In this document: in pieces, positions 31,324 to 44,292 of the stretch
Position numbering within the stretch: position 1 is the first letter of the stretch
How the letters are laid out: the number at the start of each line of letters is the position of its first letter
From: Acetobacteraceae bacterium
Lineage (GTDB): Bacteria > Pseudomonadota > Alphaproteobacteria > Acetobacterales > Acetobacteraceae
Assembly: GCA_030041255.1 (NCBI GenBank)
Contig: JASHOF010000131.1
Coordinates: forward strand, 2,998-66,997
Length of the DNA: 64,000 nucleotides
Direction of reading: 5' to 3'
The notes under the pieces: generated by a model
What the model saw: only the letters and a program-made list of their open reading frames with translations
Databases searched by the model: none
Told to the model about the DNA's origin: nothing
Position numbers and translations under genes: made by a program

Positions 31324-32040
31324 GTGGACCAGGCTGTCAACGCCGTCAATCTCGGATCGGTCGGGGTCAATCTCTCGATCTGGAGCCTGTTCGTCGAGGC
31401 TGATCTTGTCGTCAAGATCGTCATCCTCGGCCTGCTCGGCGCGAGCATCTGGGTCTGGGCAGTGGTGTTCGAGAAGTGGAGTTCGCTCCGCAAAGTGAAC
31501 CGCGCCGCCGACGCGTTCGAAAACCGTTTCTGGTCTGGTGGCAGCCTCGATTCGCTTTACGACGAAGAGGGGCAGAACCCCTCCCATCCGATGGCTGCGC
31601 TGTTCAGCGCTGCGCTCGGTGAATGGCGCCGGACCGCGCGCGCCGTCGGGGCGGATATCAGCCGCTCGGGGGTCAAGGAGCGGGTGGACCGGGCGATGGT
31701 CGTGATCACCCAGCGCGAGATGGACCGGCTGGAACGCTGGATGACCTTTCTTGCCTCGGTCGGGGCGACCGCGCCTTTCGTCGGCCTGTTCGGTACCGTT
31801 TGGGGAATCATGGCGAGCTTCTCGGCGATCGCCGCTATGCATAACACGAACCTTGCGGTGGTCGCTCCGGGTATCGCCCAGGCGTTGTTCGCGACGGCGA
31901 CGGGCCTCTTTGCCGCTATCCCGGCCGTGCTCGCCTACAACAAGATCAACAACGACCTCGCCCGCTTCGCCGGCCGGCTGGAAGCCTTTGCCGCCGAGTT
32001 CGGGGCCATCCTCTCGCGCCAGACCGAGGAGCACGCCTGA
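31324..32040 (+). CDS. tolQ: Tol-Pal system protein TolQ (MotA/TolQ/ExbB channel family)
   Basis: ORF 31324..32040 (GTG start). It reads ...LASVGATAPFVGLFGTVWGIM..F.... Confidence 0.9.
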   Translation: MDQAVNAVNLGSVGVNLSIWSLFVEADLVVKIVILGLLGASIWVWAVVFEKWSSLRKVNRAADAFENRFWSGGSLDSLYDEEGQNPSHPMAALFSAALGEWRRTARAVGADISRSGVKERVDRAMVVITQREMDRLERWMTFLASVGATAPFVGLFGTVWGIMASFSAIAAMHNTNLAVVAPGIAQALFATATGLFAAIPAVLAYNKINNDLARFAGRLEAFAAEFGAILSRQTEEHA

Positions 32041-32042
32041 GC

Positions 32043-32513
32043 ATGGCCGCCTTTCTGCCGGGCCGGCCTGGCAATCGTCGCGGACGCTACCGCCCGCTTG
32101 CCGATATCAATGTCACGCCGCTGGTCGATGTCATGCTCGTGCTTCTCATCATTTTCATGGTGACGGCACCGTTGCTGACCTCGGGCGTGACGGTCGATCT
32201 ACCGAAAGCGAATGCAGCGCCTCTCAACCAGGACGCGACACCGATCACTCTCTCGATCAACGCAGCGGGGCAGATCTATCTTGCGGACACGCAAATTCCG
32301 CTCGACAAGCTGGTGCCGAAGCTGCGCGCGATCGCGCATAACAACCCGGATCGGCGAATCTTCGTGCGCGGTGACCGCCGCCTGCCTTACGGGCGGATCA
32401 TGCAGGTGATGGCGCTGATCACCGATGGCGGCTTCACCAAGGTGGCGCTGCTTGCCGAGGCCACCGCACCCCTGCCCCCGGCCGGCGCGAAGGGCGCGGG
32501 AACGAAAGGCTGA
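32043..32513 (+). CDS. tolR: Tol-Pal system protein TolR (ExbD/TolR family)
   Basis: ORF 32043..32513. It reads INVTPLVDVMLVLLIIFMVTAP. Confidence 0.9.
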   Translation: MAAFLPGRPGNRRGRYRPLADINVTPLVDVMLVLLIIFMVTAPLLTSGVTVDLPKANAAPLNQDATPITLSINAAGQIYLADTQIPLDKLVPKLRAIAHNNPDRRIFVRGDRRLPYGRIMQVMALITDGGFTKVALLAEATAPLPPAGAKGAGTKG

Positions 32514-32545
32514 GAGGGGCTGATCGCGACCGGATTGGCTTGGCC

Positions 32546-33472
32546 ATGACCCCCGAACTCAGGCGCGGCGTGGCCTGTTCGGCGGCGTTGCATGTGCTCG
32601 TGGGCTTGTTGGCGCTCTTTGCCGTGCGCCCCTCCCTGCCTCCCGAGGCGCCCGCCGGGGTTGCGGTCAGCATGGAATTCGCGGGGCCGGCTCCGAAGGC
32701 GCCGGCCCCTTCCCCGACGCCGGCTCCTGCGCCAGCACCGAAGACTGTGAAGAAGCCTCCCGTCAAGCAGCCCCCGAAGCAAACTGCCTACGAGCCGCCT
32801 CCACCGCCGCCGCCACCGCCGCCGAAGCCTGCTCCGCCGGTGCCGCCCACCCCGGCCCCGACACCGACCCCGACGCCGGTGCCGCCACCCACACCCGCTC
32901 CACCCACGCCGGCGCCGCCGAAGCCTGCCCCCACCCCGCCGGAAAAGCCGCTGCCGCTGCCCCCGCCACCGGCCCCGACGCCGCCGAGCCCGACGCATCA
33001 GCCGAACCCGACGACCAATACCGCGACCTCCTCGACTGCGCTCGAGGCGACACTCGAGAAGCTTCGCTCGCTGGAGCACCAGACCGAACCGCCGAAGGCG
33101 CTGCCGAATCCCCAACCTGGCGGCGTGCCGACGCCGGGTGGCCTGCCCCAGAGCAACGACACCGCCGCGCTCTCGGCTGCGGAACGCGGCCGGATCGGGG
33201 ATTACGTCCGCCGATGCTGGACCTACGATCCCGGCGCCAAGGGTGTGCAGCAGTTCCAGGTCTGGCTCGATGTGACGACCGATGCCGATGGCGTCGTGCA
33301 CATCGCAACCATTGCTGCCACCGATCAGGCGCGGGTCGAGGCGAACCCCGCCTTGCGCGCCTTTGCAGACCGGGCGGTAAACGCGGTGCTCGATCCGCGC
33401 TGTGCGAAGCTGCCGCTCCCCCCGGCGATGCTCGGCAAGGATGAGCATCTGGTATTCCGGTTCAGGCCGTGA
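32546..33472 (+). CDS. tolA: cell-envelope integrity protein TolA (TM anchor, Pro-rich linker, C-terminal domain)
   Basis: ORF 32540..33472, with ATG at 32546. It has an N-terminal TM segment, a long P/A/T-rich spacer, and sits between tolR and tolB. Confidence 0.75.
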   Translation: MTPELRRGVACSAALHVLVGLLALFAVRPSLPPEAPAGVAVSMEFAGPAPKAPAPSPTPAPAPAPKTVKKPPVKQPPKQTAYEPPPPPPPPPPKPAPPVPPTPAPTPTPTPVPPPTPAPPTPAPPKPAPTPPEKPLPLPPPPAPTPPSPTHQPNPTTNTATSSTALEATLEKLRSLEHQTEPPKALPNPQPGGVPTPGGLPQSNDTAALSAAERGRIGDYVRRCWTYDPGAKGVQQFQVWLDVTTDADGVVHIATIAATDQARVEANPALRAFADRAVNAVLDPRCAKLPLPPAMLGKDEHLVFRFRP

Positions 33473-33706
33473 GGACCCTGATCACATCCAAGACGGCCGG
33501 CGTTGCAGGAGTTTCATCGCTGCGCCATGTCATTTTCCGCCTCTTCGCCTTGCTTCTACCCGATCGACGCCTTTTTTTGTCCAGGGCACCGCTGCCAGGC
33601 CGGTGCGGAATGAGGACTGTTCGGGGCGGAGGTTGCAGACGGACAAGCGGGGCGCAACCTGAAGCAGTGATTTCGTGAGCTCAAAAGGGGAAGGGCAAGT
33701 TTCGAA

Positions 33707-35074
33707 ATGCAGGGATGTCTGTTCAGCCGTCGGGGACTGCTCGCTGGATCGGCTGCGCTTCTCATGGCACCTGTCGTCACGATAGCGCAAACGTCGCCCG
33801 GCTCGGGTGCTGAGAGCGCTGTGATCGATGTGAATCGGGCGCAGGCGGAACCGATTCCGATCGCCATTCCCTTCTTCAACGCGGCCGGCGACAAGGCGGC
33901 CGACCTCGCCAAAGGGATTGCCGGAGTCATCAGCAATGACCTGTCCGGCTCGGGGTTGTTTCGCCCGATTGATCCATCCTCCTTTGTGCAGGACGCCGCC
34001 GCCATTGCGACGGTGCCGAAATGGCAGGACTGGAAGGTCATCGGTGCGCGCGCTCTTGTCACGGGCAAGGTGGATCAGCCGACCGCCGGGAACGTACGCG
34101 TCGAATTCCGGCTGTGGGACGTTCTGCCCGAACAGCAGTTGCAGGGCACCGCCTACACCACCGCCGCCAGCAACTGGCGTCGCGTGGGGCACATGATCGC
34201 CGATGTGATCTATGAGCGCCTGCTCGGCGAAAAGGGCTATTTCGACACGCGGATCGCTTATGTCTCCGAAGCCGGGCCGCGTTCGGCGCGCATCCGCCGG
34301 CTCGCCATCATGGATCAGGACGGTGCCAACAGCACCTTCCTGACCGACGGCGAATGGACGGTCCTGGAGCCACGTTTCCATCCGACGAAGAACGAGCTTG
34401 CCTTCCTGAGCTATGCCGGCAATCGCCCGCGTGTTTATCTCTTCGATCTCGGCAGCGGCCGGGAATCCCTGCTCGGGAATTTCCCAGGCATGACGTTCGC
34501 TCCACGGTTCAGCCCGCGGGGAGAGAAGGTGATCCTTTCGGAAGCGCAAGGCAGCGGTTCGGCCATCGTCGTGGTCACGCTGGGGAGCATGAGTGCCGTG
34601 CGCCTGACCGACGCGAGCGCGATCAATACCAGCCCCTGCTACAGCCCCGATGGATCGCAGGTGACGTTCAACTCGGATCGGGATGGCTCGCCCCAGTTGT
34701 ACGTGATGAACGCAGACGGCTCGAACCCGAAGCGCATCAGCTACGGGCAGGGCCGCTACTTCAGCCCGGTGTGGTCTCCGCGCGGCGACCTGGTCGCCTT
34801 TATCCGCCAGAACGGCGGCAGCTTCGGGCTTGGTGTCATGAATACGGATGGAACCGCGGAACGCATTCTCTCCGAAGGCTTCACCGTTGACAGTCCGACG
34901 TTTTGTCCGAATGGGCGGGTCATCATGTTCTGCCGCACCACCCCGGCTACCAACGCGACGGGAGCCGGGCATACCTCGCGCCTGGTCAGCATCGACATCA
35001 CCGGTTTCAACGAGCGGATGGTGGAGACTCCGACCGATGGCTCGGATCCCGCCTGGTCACCATTGCTGAGCTGA
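33707..35074 (+). CDS. tolB: Tol-Pal system beta-propeller protein TolB
   Basis: ORF 33707..35074. It has a signal peptide and repeated propeller motifs (PRFSP.G..., [27 protein letters not shown]). Confidence 0.95.
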   Translation: MQGCLFSRRGLLAGSAALLMAPVVTIAQTSPGSGAESAVIDVNRAQAEPIPIAIPFFNAAGDKAADLAKGIAGVISNDLSGSGLFRPIDPSSFVQDAAAIATVPKWQDWKVIGARALVTGKVDQPTAGNVRVEFRLWDVLPEQQLQGTAYTTAASNWRRVGHMIADVIYERLLGEKGYFDTRIAYVSEAGPRSARIRRLAIMDQDGANSTFLTDGEWTVLEPRFHPTKNELAFLSYAGNRPRVYLFDLGSGRESLLGNFPGMTFAPRFSPRGEKVILSEAQGSGSAIVVVTLGSMSAVRLTDASAINTSPCYSPDGSQVTFNSDRDGSPQLYVMNADGSNPKRISYGQGRYFSPVWSPRGDLVAFIRQNGGSFGLGVMNTDGTAERILSEGFTVDSPTFCPNGRVIMFCRTTPATNATGAGHTSRLVSIDITGFNERMVETPTDGSDPAWSPLLS

Positions 35075-35233
35075 AGAATGCCACTTTCGCGGCCACGGAC
35101 AGGGCTGTGCCCGAGCCGGGGGCGGCTTGACCGGCGCCTGGCCGCGCGCTAATCGCGACCATTGCCGGGGCCAACCGCTCCAGGCGCGCCTTTACCTTAT
35201 CGTCGTCACCACCCGCGGACAGGGACTGACCCC

Positions 35234-35728
35234 ATGAAATTCAGGCTTATCGGCGCCTTCGCGGCTCTAGCGCTGCTGGCCGCCTGCGCCACCACGCCGA
35301 AACCAACAACCACCGGAGCCGGCGCCACTGCTGCCACTCAGGGCCCTGTACCCGGCAGCCAGCAGGACCTGGTTCAGAATGTTGGCGATCGCGTCTTCTT
35401 CGCTTTCGACCAATCGAATCTGTCGGAAGAGGCGGTGGGGACGCTGACCCGCCAAGCCGCCTGGCTGCAGAAATTTCCCGAAGTCAAGGTGCTGGTCGCC
35501 GGCAATTGTGACGAGCGGGGGACCGAAGAATACAACCTCGCGCTTGGGTGGCGCCGGGCGAACGCGGCACGGGATTTCCTGGTTGCCAAAGGTGTGAGCC
35601 CATCACGCATCGAGACCATCAGCTACGGCAAGGATCGACCGGTAGCGCTTGGCTCCAATGAACAAGCCTGGGCACAGAACCGCAACGCGATCACTTCGGT
35701 GCAAGGATTCAATCCCCAGGCCAAGTAA
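35234..35728 (+). CDS. pal: peptidoglycan-associated lipoprotein Pal (OmpA-like)
   Basis: ORF 35162..35728, with the start at MKFRLIGAFAALALLAAC (lipobox LLAAC). The OmpA domain reads GNCDERGTEEYNLALG.RRA. Confidence 0.95.
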   Translation: MKFRLIGAFAALALLAACATTPKPTTTGAGATAATQGPVPGSQQDLVQNVGDRVFFAFDQSNLSEEAVGTLTRQAAWLQKFPEVKVLVAGNCDERGTEEYNLALGWRRANAARDFLVAKGVSPSRIETISYGKDRPVALGSNEQAWAQNRNAITSVQGFNPQAK

Positions 35729-35755
35729 GCTTCGCGCCAGACCGACGTCGCGCTT

Positions 35756-35787
35756 CTTCCCCGGCGACCTCCGCGCCGTCGGGGAAG
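35756..35787 (+). terminator. hairpin after pal (about 10-bp stem incl. one G:U, 12-nt loop, no U-tract)
   Basis: CTTCCCCGGC pairs with GTCGGGGAAG, 28 nt downstream of the pal stop. Confidence 0.35.
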
Positions 35788-35967
35788 GGAGGTTGGCCGC
35801 CTCTTGTGATCGCGCCGGGCGGCATGACTCCCGATGGCATTTGGCGAGTATCCTGGCCCGGGTCGGCCCGGTCGCTGACGCCTTGCCCGGGTGAGGATAC
35901 GAGCGGGCTTGCACCACCCGAGGGTGGCGCATAGAGCGTCGGGTCCGGCAGAAAGGAGGGTGGTCCC

Positions 35968-36831
35968 ATGGCGCTGAGGCTTCTGCTCGCTGCCTTGCTG
36001 TCGATCTCGTTCGTTCTGCCTTTGCGCGCGCAGGTCGAAAGCCGCGAAGCGATCGCTCTGCGCAACCAGATTCTTGAAGTGCAACATGAGCTTGATCAGC
36101 TTCGCCAGCAAATGCAGGCGGGCGGAGGCAACAATCCGGGTTCGGCTCTTGGGGGCAACTATGGCCAAGCCGCGCCGCTCGGGAACGCGGCCAGTGGTGA
36201 CCTCGTCGCGACTCTTCTCCAAGAGGTCAATTCGCTGCAGGACCAGATACGCACCCTGCGCGGCCAGATGGACGATCTCACGAACAAGACCGATACGCAG
36301 CTTGCCGATCTTGGGAAAAAGATCGACGATCTCCAGTTCCAGTTTCAGCTCATGCAGGGAAAAGGCTCGGGTCCCGTTGCTTTTCCTGTGCCTTCTTCAC
36401 CGACCAGGCCCACTCAACACGCCGCACCCACCGCGACCGCTCCGCCGCCTCCCGAAGTCCTGCTCCATCAGGGCGAAATGGCGTTGGCCCGTTCCGATTA
36501 TGCCGCCGCTCTGAGTGCTGCGGAGACCGTGCTGAAGACCGACCCACGTTCCCCGCGCGCTTACGATGCCCAGTTCCTGGCGGCGCGGGCCTTGTTCGGC
36601 GAGAAGCAGTTCACCCGCGCCGCGCTGGCGTATGACGACGCATACGGCAGGGCTCCAGCCGGCTCGCTGGCGCAGGACTCGCTGCTCGGGCTCGCTCGCT
36701 CGCTGGTTGCGATCAACCAGAAGCCAGCAGCATGCGGCGCCCTTTCCAAGCTGCATCAGCAATTCCCAACCCTGCGCTCGGATATCGCCCCGGCCGCTAC
36801 GTCATTGGCACACCAGGCCGGCTGCGGATAG
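35968..36831 (+). CDS. cpoB: Tol-Pal system protein CpoB/YbgF (coiled coil + TPR)
   Basis: ORF 35968..36831. It has a signal peptide, a Q/L-rich coiled coil (LRNQILEVQHELDQLRQQ) and a C-terminal TPR-like region. It lies after pal. Confidence 0.85.
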   Translation: MALRLLLAALLSISFVLPLRAQVESREAIALRNQILEVQHELDQLRQQMQAGGGNNPGSALGGNYGQAAPLGNAASGDLVATLLQEVNSLQDQIRTLRGQMDDLTNKTDTQLADLGKKIDDLQFQFQLMQGKGSGPVAFPVPSSPTRPTQHAAPTATAPPPPEVLLHQGEMALARSDYAAALSAAETVLKTDPRSPRAYDAQFLAARALFGEKQFTRAALAYDDAYGRAPAGSLAQDSLLGLARSLVAINQKPAACGALSKLHQQFPTLRSDIAPAATSLAHQAGCG

Positions 36832-36876
36832 AGGAAATCCGCTGCGGCCCCGGCGGCAGCTCTCGATGGCGGCGGG

Positions 36877-38160
36877 ATGCGGCCTTTGTTGCCGGACGAA
36901 TTTGCGACGCTGATGGCCGCCCTGGGCCCATTCGGCGCCGCACCCCGCCTCGCTGTTGCGGTTTCGGGTGGCCCGGACAGCCTGGCGCTGGCAGTTCTCG
37001 CTGCCGAATGGGCGAGCGGGGTGGGTGGTACGGTGACTGCCCTTATCCTCGACCACGGTCTGCGGCGCGAGGCCGCCTCGGAGGCAGAGGTGGCCTGCTC
37101 CCGGTTGGGCCGGCTTGGCATTCCGGCCCGGATATTCCGCCTGCATGGGCTTGCGGCCGGGCCAGCGGTCCCAGCACGGGCGCGTCGAGCACGCAATGCC
37201 AGGCTGGAGGCCGCGGCGGCGGAGATCGGAGCAGCCTGGCTGCTGCTTGGGCACCAGCGCGCCGACCAAGCGGAAACGCTCCTGGAAAGAGCGCTTTCCC
37301 ATAGCGGACCGGCCGGGCTCGCAGGAATGGCGGCACGCCGTGAGGCTGCACGGGTTGTGATCCTGAGGCCGCTCCTTGGCGTCCCGCCGGGACGGCTCAT
37401 CGCCACTCTCGCCGCCAGGGGCCTTGGCTGGGCGCGCGACCCCAGCAATTCGGACCCCACTTTCCTCCGCGCCAGGCTGCGCAACCTCAGGGCTGACAGG
37501 GCGGGCGAAGGGGCTGCGACAAGAGCGCTTGGAAATGCTGCCGCCGCTTACGGGCGGGCGCGCGCCTTGTCGGAGTCGAAGCGGCCCGGCATCCTTGGCG
37601 AGCGCGTTTCCCTCTATGCCACCGGGCATGCGTTGCTTACCCCGGGGGCTATCGACCGTGGCGCCCTCGCGTCGCTTCTCCGCACCATAGCCGGGGCGGA
37701 ATTCGCCCCCTCGGAAGCGCGTCTCGCCTCGCTTTCGGCCTGCCCGCGACCGGCCACCCTCGCCGGAGTCCGCCTGCTTCCGGCGGGCCGGCTCGGACCA
37801 GGCTGGCTTCTGGTACGCGAGGCACGGGCGATGTCCGCACCTGTGCCAGCGATCCCCGGCCTACATTGGGACGGCCGCTTCCGCCTCTCCACTTCAGCGC
37901 GCCCTCCGGTCGGGGCAAGGCTTGGCGCACTCGGAGCCGGAGCTGCGCGGCTCAGGGGATGCTCGCCGTTGCCCGCGGCCGTTCTTGCGACGCTGCCGGC
38001 GCTCTGGGTCGGTGAAGAATTGGTAGCCGTGCCGCATCTCGGCTATCCTTCTGCGGAGGCTTGCGCAGGTGTGCTGGTTCGGTTCTGCCCGAACGAACCA
38101 GCCGGAGCAGCGCCTTTCGGAGTTATGGTTCAGGTCGGGGATGCAGAGCCGACGGTGTGA
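36877..38160 (+). CDS. tilS: tRNA(Ile)-lysidine synthetase
   Basis: ORF 36877..38160. It has the PP-loop motif [12 protein letters not shown] and the conserved tilS-ftsH order. Confidence 0.9.
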   Translation: MRPLLPDEFATLMAALGPFGAAPRLAVAVSGGPDSLALAVLAAEWASGVGGTVTALILDHGLRREAASEAEVACSRLGRLGIPARIFRLHGLAAGPAVPARARRARNARLEAAAAEIGAAWLLLGHQRADQAETLLERALSHSGPAGLAGMAARREAARVVILRPLLGVPPGRLIATLAARGLGWARDPSNSDPTFLRARLRNLRADRAGEGAATRALGNAAAAYGRARALSESKRPGILGERVSLYATGHALLTPGAIDRGALASLLRTIAGAEFAPSEARLASLSACPRPATLAGVRLLPAGRLGPGWLLVREARAMSAPVPAIPGLHWDGRFRLSTSARPPVGARLGALGAGAARLRGCSPLPAAVLATLPALWVGEELVAVPHLGYPSAEACAGVLVRFCPNEPAGAAPFGVMVQVGDAEPTV

Positions 38161-38279
38161 GCCTATTTATCTCTTCGAGGCTCTGGTCCGGGGCCGGTTG
38201 CGGCAGCACCTTCTCTCCACCCCGGAAAGCGGCGAAGGGCGCGCCGGGAGGAACCGAGCCGCGGACAGGACGGGATGGA

Positions 38280-40196
<1,917 letters not shown>

Positions 40197-40205
40197 GCGC
40201 GCGAG

Positions 40206-41264
40206 GTGCGGCTGATCGAGCCGCTGGCACTGCTCGACGGCCTAGAAGCCGGCGCCGCAATCGCGGCGGGTACAGCCCGGCTGCTGGCGGGCGGGCCACT
40301 CGCTTTCAGCCTGGCCCGCCTGCTGCCCGAGCCAGAACCCAGACCGGCCTTCGATATCCCGTCGAGCTGGGACGCCTCCGTCTTGCGATTGACCAGCCCA
40401 CCCGCCGCCGGTTGGATTCAACGACCCTCCGTCATGGGCGTCGTCAACGTTACGCCGGACAGCTTCAGCGACGGGGGCGATTTTCTCGATCCCGGCCGGG
40501 CGGTCGCCGCGGGGCTCGCCATGAGCGCGGCAGGGGCGGCCATCGTGGATGTGGGCGGAGAGAGCACCCGCCCCGGCGCAACCCCGACGCCGCCCGAAAT
40601 CGAGCAGGCGCGCATCCTTCCGGTCATCCGCGAGTTGACACGACAGGGCGTGCGGGTCTCTGCCGATACCCGCAACGCGGCGACGATGGCGGCCGCGCTC
40701 GATGCCGGCGCGGCGATCGTCAACGATACCTCTGCGCTGTCCCATGATCCCGAAGCAGCCCCGCTGCTCGCCCGTGCCGGTGTGCCCGTGCTGCTGATGC
40801 ACATGCGCGGCACGCCTGCCAGCATGATGGCAGAGGCGAATTATGCTGACGTCGCACTCGAGGTGACGGCCGAGCTTGCGGCCAGGCTCACGCTGGCAGA
40901 AGCCGCCGGTATCGCGCGAGAGCGGATCGCGCTCGATCCCGGAATCGGCTTTGCTAAGAAGACCGAACACAATCTCGAACTGCTCTCGCGCCTTCCGCTG
41001 CTGCTCAATCTCGGCTGCCCGCTCGTGGTCGGGGTCTCTCGCAAGCGCTTCATCGGGCAGATCGGCAGAGCGGCCGAGCCGCGCCAGCGCCTGCCCGGCT
41101 CCCTGGCAGCGGGACTGTTCGCGCTGTCTCGCGGTGCCTCGATGCTCAGGGTCCACGATGCCGTCGAAACAATGCAGGCGCTTCGCGTTTGGCAGGCGCT
41201 CGGCAGCGGCCGGCTCGCGAGCCTGTCACTTGCCCTCGCCGCCGGTTGGCGCAACAACGGCTGA
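40206..41264 (+). CDS. folP: dihydropteroate synthase with about 75-aa N-terminal extension
   Basis: ORF 40206..41264 (GTG start). The canonical DHPS core begins at [15 protein letters not shown], with GGESTRPG and DPGIGF. The extension keeps high third-position G+C on a hand count. Confidence 0.85.
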   Translation: MRLIEPLALLDGLEAGAAIAAGTARLLAGGPLAFSLARLLPEPEPRPAFDIPSSWDASVLRLTSPPAAGWIQRPSVMGVVNVTPDSFSDGGDFLDPGRAVAAGLAMSAAGAAIVDVGGESTRPGATPTPPEIEQARILPVIRELTRQGVRVSADTRNAATMAAALDAGAAIVNDTSALSHDPEAAPLLARAGVPVLLMHMRGTPASMMAEANYADVALEVTAELAARLTLAEAAGIARERIALDPGIGFAKKTEHNLELLSRLPLLLNLGCPLVVGVSRKRFIGQIGRAAEPRQRLPGSLAAGLFALSRGASMLRVHDAVETMQALRVWQALGSGRLASLSLALAAGWRNNG

Positions 41265-41290
41265 CCCCCGCCACTTTTTTCGAGACTCGT

Positions 41291-42646
41291 ATGAACATTG
41301 TGCGACGACTATTCGGCACCGACGGGATCCGCGGCACCGCCAATGCTGACCCGATGACCGCAGAGACCGCACTCCGGCTCGGTCAGGCGGCGGGGCTGCT
41401 CTTCACCCATGGCAGCCACCGCCATCGCGTCCTTATCGGCAAGGATACAAGGCTTTCCGGCTACATGCTCGAGCCGGCGCTGGTCGCCGGTTTCATCAGC
41501 GCCGGGATGGACGTCTCGATTGCAGGGCCATTGCCGACACCCGCCATCGCCATGCTGACCCGCTCGCTCAGGGCCGATCTCGGAGTGATGATCTCGGCCT
41601 CGCACAATTCCTTCGAGGACAACGGCCTCAAGCTTTTCGGGCCCGATGGGCAGAAGCTTTCCGACAGGACGGAAGCCGAGATCGAGGCGTTGATGTCGGC
41701 AGATCTGTCGGAGCGGCTCGCGGCGCCGGAGCGGCTGGGCCGCGCGGTCCGCCTGGAGGATGCGGCTGGCCGCTATATCGAGGGTGCAAAGGCCACTTTC
41801 CCGCGCGGGCTCAGGCTGGATGGACTTCGTATTGTTGTCGATTGCGCCAACGGAGCTGCATATCGGGTCGCCCCTGCGGTGCTCTGGGAGCTTGGAGCAG
41901 ACGTGGTCACACTCGGGGTTTCCCCGGACGGGTTCAATATCAATCGCGGCTGCGGGTCCACGGCTCCCGAGAATTTTTGTAAGGAGGTGCTCGATCAGAA
42001 GGCCGATCTCGGGATCGCCCTCGACGGCGACGCCGATCGGCTCCTGCTCGCGGACGAGCATGGGGAGTTGGTCGATGGGGATCAGATTCTCGCCCTGATC
42101 GCCCGCTCCTGGCAACGCGAGGGGCGGCTCACCGGAGATGGCATCGTCGCCACGGTGATGTCGAATCTCGGACTTGGGCGGTTCCTTGCAACTCTCGGGG
42201 TCAACCTGCATCGCACCCAGGTCGGAGACCGCTACGTCGCGGCGGAGATGCGCGCCCGCAGCATCAATGTCGGTGGCGAGCAATCGGGCCACATGATACT
42301 TTCGGATTTCGCGACGACTGGCGATGGCCTGGTGGGCGCCCTGCAGGTGCTGGCCGTCATCGTCGCCGAGCGGCGGACCGCAAGCGAGGTCTGCCGTGTC
42401 TTCCAGCCGCTTCCGCAAACCCTGCAGAGCGTGCGCTATGTCGGCCCATCGCCCCTTTCCCATCCTGCCGTCAAAGATGGCATCGCCGAAGCCGAGGCAC
42501 GGTTGAACGGTGCGGGGAGGCTGGTGATCCGCCAGAGTGGTACCGAGCCCGTCATCCGAGTGATGGCGGAAGCGGAGAACGAGGTGCTGGTCAAATCCGT
42601 TGTCAACGACCTTTGCGAAAAGATCGCTGCTGCCGGAGGACAATAG
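41291..42646 (+). CDS. glmM: phosphoglucosamine mutase
   Basis: ORF 41189..42646, with the start at [15 protein letters not shown] (ATG 41291). It has the active-site region SASHN and the GEQSGH motif. Confidence 0.95.
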   Translation: MNIVRRLFGTDGIRGTANADPMTAETALRLGQAAGLLFTHGSHRHRVLIGKDTRLSGYMLEPALVAGFISAGMDVSIAGPLPTPAIAMLTRSLRADLGVMISASHNSFEDNGLKLFGPDGQKLSDRTEAEIEALMSADLSERLAAPERLGRAVRLEDAAGRYIEGAKATFPRGLRLDGLRIVVDCANGAAYRVAPAVLWELGADVVTLGVSPDGFNINRGCGSTAPENFCKEVLDQKADLGIALDGDADRLLLADEHGELVDGDQILALIARSWQREGRLTGDGIVATVMSNLGLGRFLATLGVNLHRTQVGDRYVAAEMRARSINVGGEQSGHMILSDFATTGDGLVGALQVLAVIVAERRTASEVCRVFQPLPQTLQSVRYVGPSPLSHPAVKDGIAEAEARLNGAGRLVIRQSGTEPVIRVMAEAENEVLVKSVVNDLCEKIAAAGGQ

Positions 42647-42663
42647 AGGAGGGCTGGATGGCA

Positions 42664-42687
42664 GACAGATCGATCGACAGATCGATC
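42664..42687. repeat. perfect 12-bp tandem duplication rich in GATC
   Basis: GACAGATCGATC occurs twice, directly after the glmM stop. Confidence 0.85.
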
Positions 42688-42756
42688 CCTGGGAGACGGT
42701 CACTCCAGCGATGGCAAAAGGATCGGTATTCCGCCCGAGCGCGTCGCCTGGACTGA

Positions 42757-42779
42757 GAGCCGGCTGGTGGGACCGGCTC
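42757..42779. terminator. hairpin between convergent glmM and monooxygenase genes
   Basis: GAGCCGG-(9 nt)-CCGGCTC. It overlaps the stop codon of the minus-strand gene and has no clear U-tract. Confidence 0.3.
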
Positions 42780-44292
42780 AGACGAGGGCGGGTGTCAGGT
42801 ACGAGGCGAGATGGGAATCGAGGGCGGCGATGCCGGCGTCGTCCATCTGCGCGAGCCGATAGCCGATGAAGCCGTCAGGCCGGATCAGGAGCGCGCCGCC
42901 GAGAGGCACGCCGGCGTGGGCGGGATCGAAGTCCGTGCCGGGCTCGATCGCGACGAGGTCTTGCCAGCGGCGCCGGAACGCATCGGGTGGAGCGGGTGCC
43001 TCGAAGAGCAGCAGATGGTGCAGCCTGCCGGTGAGGCGGATGCGGTCTGGAAAGCGTCCGCCTGGTGCCGGCCCGGGCGGTGGCGTCATCGATCCGAGAT
43101 GCTCATCAACAAGCGGGCTTCCAGCATAGGAAATATCGAGCATCGCCCGCGCGCGGGCGAGCGCCCGGGCGCTTGCGGGATCGGGCGGCACCGCGCCAGG
43201 AGCGGCGGTGGCAAGGTCGAGCACGCGACGGTGCAGCATGTCCGAGACTTCGAGGACGTGGCGGTCGGCGAGCCGCCGCTCGATTTCATAGGAGTCGAGC
43301 AGGACATGCGGCGCCGCGCCGCGAACGACGAGGGCGAGCTTCCAGGTGATGTCGGCGGCATCCATCAGAGCCGAGTTGAGACCCTCACCGGCGATGGGGC
43401 TCGAGAGGTGCGCTGCGTCGCCCATGAGGAATCGCCGCCCGTCAGTAAGCCGGCGGGTCATCCGCTTGTGCATCACGAAGTGCCCGGCCCACGCGAGATC
43501 GGTAAGGCCGGCATCGACGCCGGCCCGGCGGTTGAGGAGCGCACTCACCTGGGCAAGCTCGGGCTTATCGCGTTCGTCGACGGCGGGCGAATCGGGATCG
43601 AGATCCAAAAAGCTCAGCCAGCGACCGCCAGGAAGCGGGGCAAGCAAGGCGAAGCCCTTCGCACTTACAAAGATCATCGACTCCTCGGGCCGATGTGGCA
43701 AGCCGATGCGGATGTCGGCGGCGATATAGTGGCCGGCGTACGTATCTCCCTCGAGGGATTCGTGCATGGAGTCGCGGGTTACGTCGTACGCTCCGCCGGC
43801 CCCGAGTACGTAGCGGAACGAAACCGCCTCGAGCTCGCCGCCAGGCCGGCGTAGACGGACGGCGAGCGCATCTGCATTCTGATCGAGCGAAAGGACCGTG
43901 GTGCCGCGCTCGATGCCAACGCCGAGCCCCGCCAGGTGTTCCGTGAGAATCGCCTCGGTCTGCCACTGCGGAAGACTGCACTGGTACTCGTAAGTGCAAT
44001 CGATACCGCCGAAGGTGCTGCCGCCGAGCGGGGTGAAGCCGGGCCCGTAGAAGCGCGTTCGCCGGACGCGGACCGATCTTTCGAGGAACGGCGTGACCAC
44101 GCCGGCGCGCGCGAGATGTTCGAGCCCGGCCGGCTGGAGAGCGGTTGCACGGGCCTCGTGATGAGGCAGGAGCCTGCGTTCGACGATGCGCGGCACGACG
44201 CCATGGCGGACCAGCTCACAGCCAGCGAAGAGCCCGGCCGGGCCGGCACCGATGATAAGGACCTCGCAATGATCGGGTGCGTATTCGGGCAT
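42778..44292 (-). CDS. FAD-dependent aromatic-ring monooxygenase (PheA/TfdB-like)
   Basis: ORF 42778..44292. It has the dinucleotide fold VLIIGAGPAGL, the DG motif, GDAAHLSSPIAGEGLNS, and a C-terminal thioredoxin-like domain typical of the family. Confidence 0.85.
   Translation of the reverse strand: MPEYAPDHCEVLIIGAGPAGLFAGCELVRHGVVPRIVERRLLPHHEARATALQPAGLEHLARAGVVTPFLERSVRVRRTRFYGPGFTPLGGSTFGGIDCTYEYQCSLPQWQTEAILTEHLAGLGVGIERGTTVLSLDQNADALAVRLRRPGGELEAVSFRYVLGAGGAYDVTRDSMHESLEGDTYAGHYIAADIRIGLPHRPEESMIFVSAKGFALLAPLPGGRWLSFLDLDPDSPAVDERDKPELAQVSALLNRRAGVDAGLTDLAWAGHFVMHKRMTRRLTDGRRFLMGDAAHLSSPIAGEGLNSALMDAADITWKLALVVRGAAPHVLLDSYEIERRLADRHVLEVSDMLHRRVLDLATAAPGAVPPDPASARALARARAMLDISYAGSPLVDEHLGSMTPPPGPAPGGRFPDRIRLTGRLHHLLLFEAPAPPDAFRRRWQDLVAIEPGTDFDPAHAGVPLGGALLIRPDGFIGYRLAQMDDAGIAALDSHLASYLTPALV

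Noticed and set aside
32780-33010. Repetitive CCG/CCC-rich DNA with internal duplication (CCGCCGAAGCCTGC twice)
   Set aside because: It is explained by the Pro/Ala/Thr-rich linker of TolA, a normal low-complexity feature of this protein.
42659-42757. 32-codon ORF (MADRSIDRSIPGRR...) with a GAGGAGGG Shine-Dalgarno-like sequence 4 nt upstream
   Set aside because: It uses AGA three times plus other codons that are rare for this genome. It is Arg-rich and is largely made of the 12-bp tandem duplication. It is more likely non-coding spacer.
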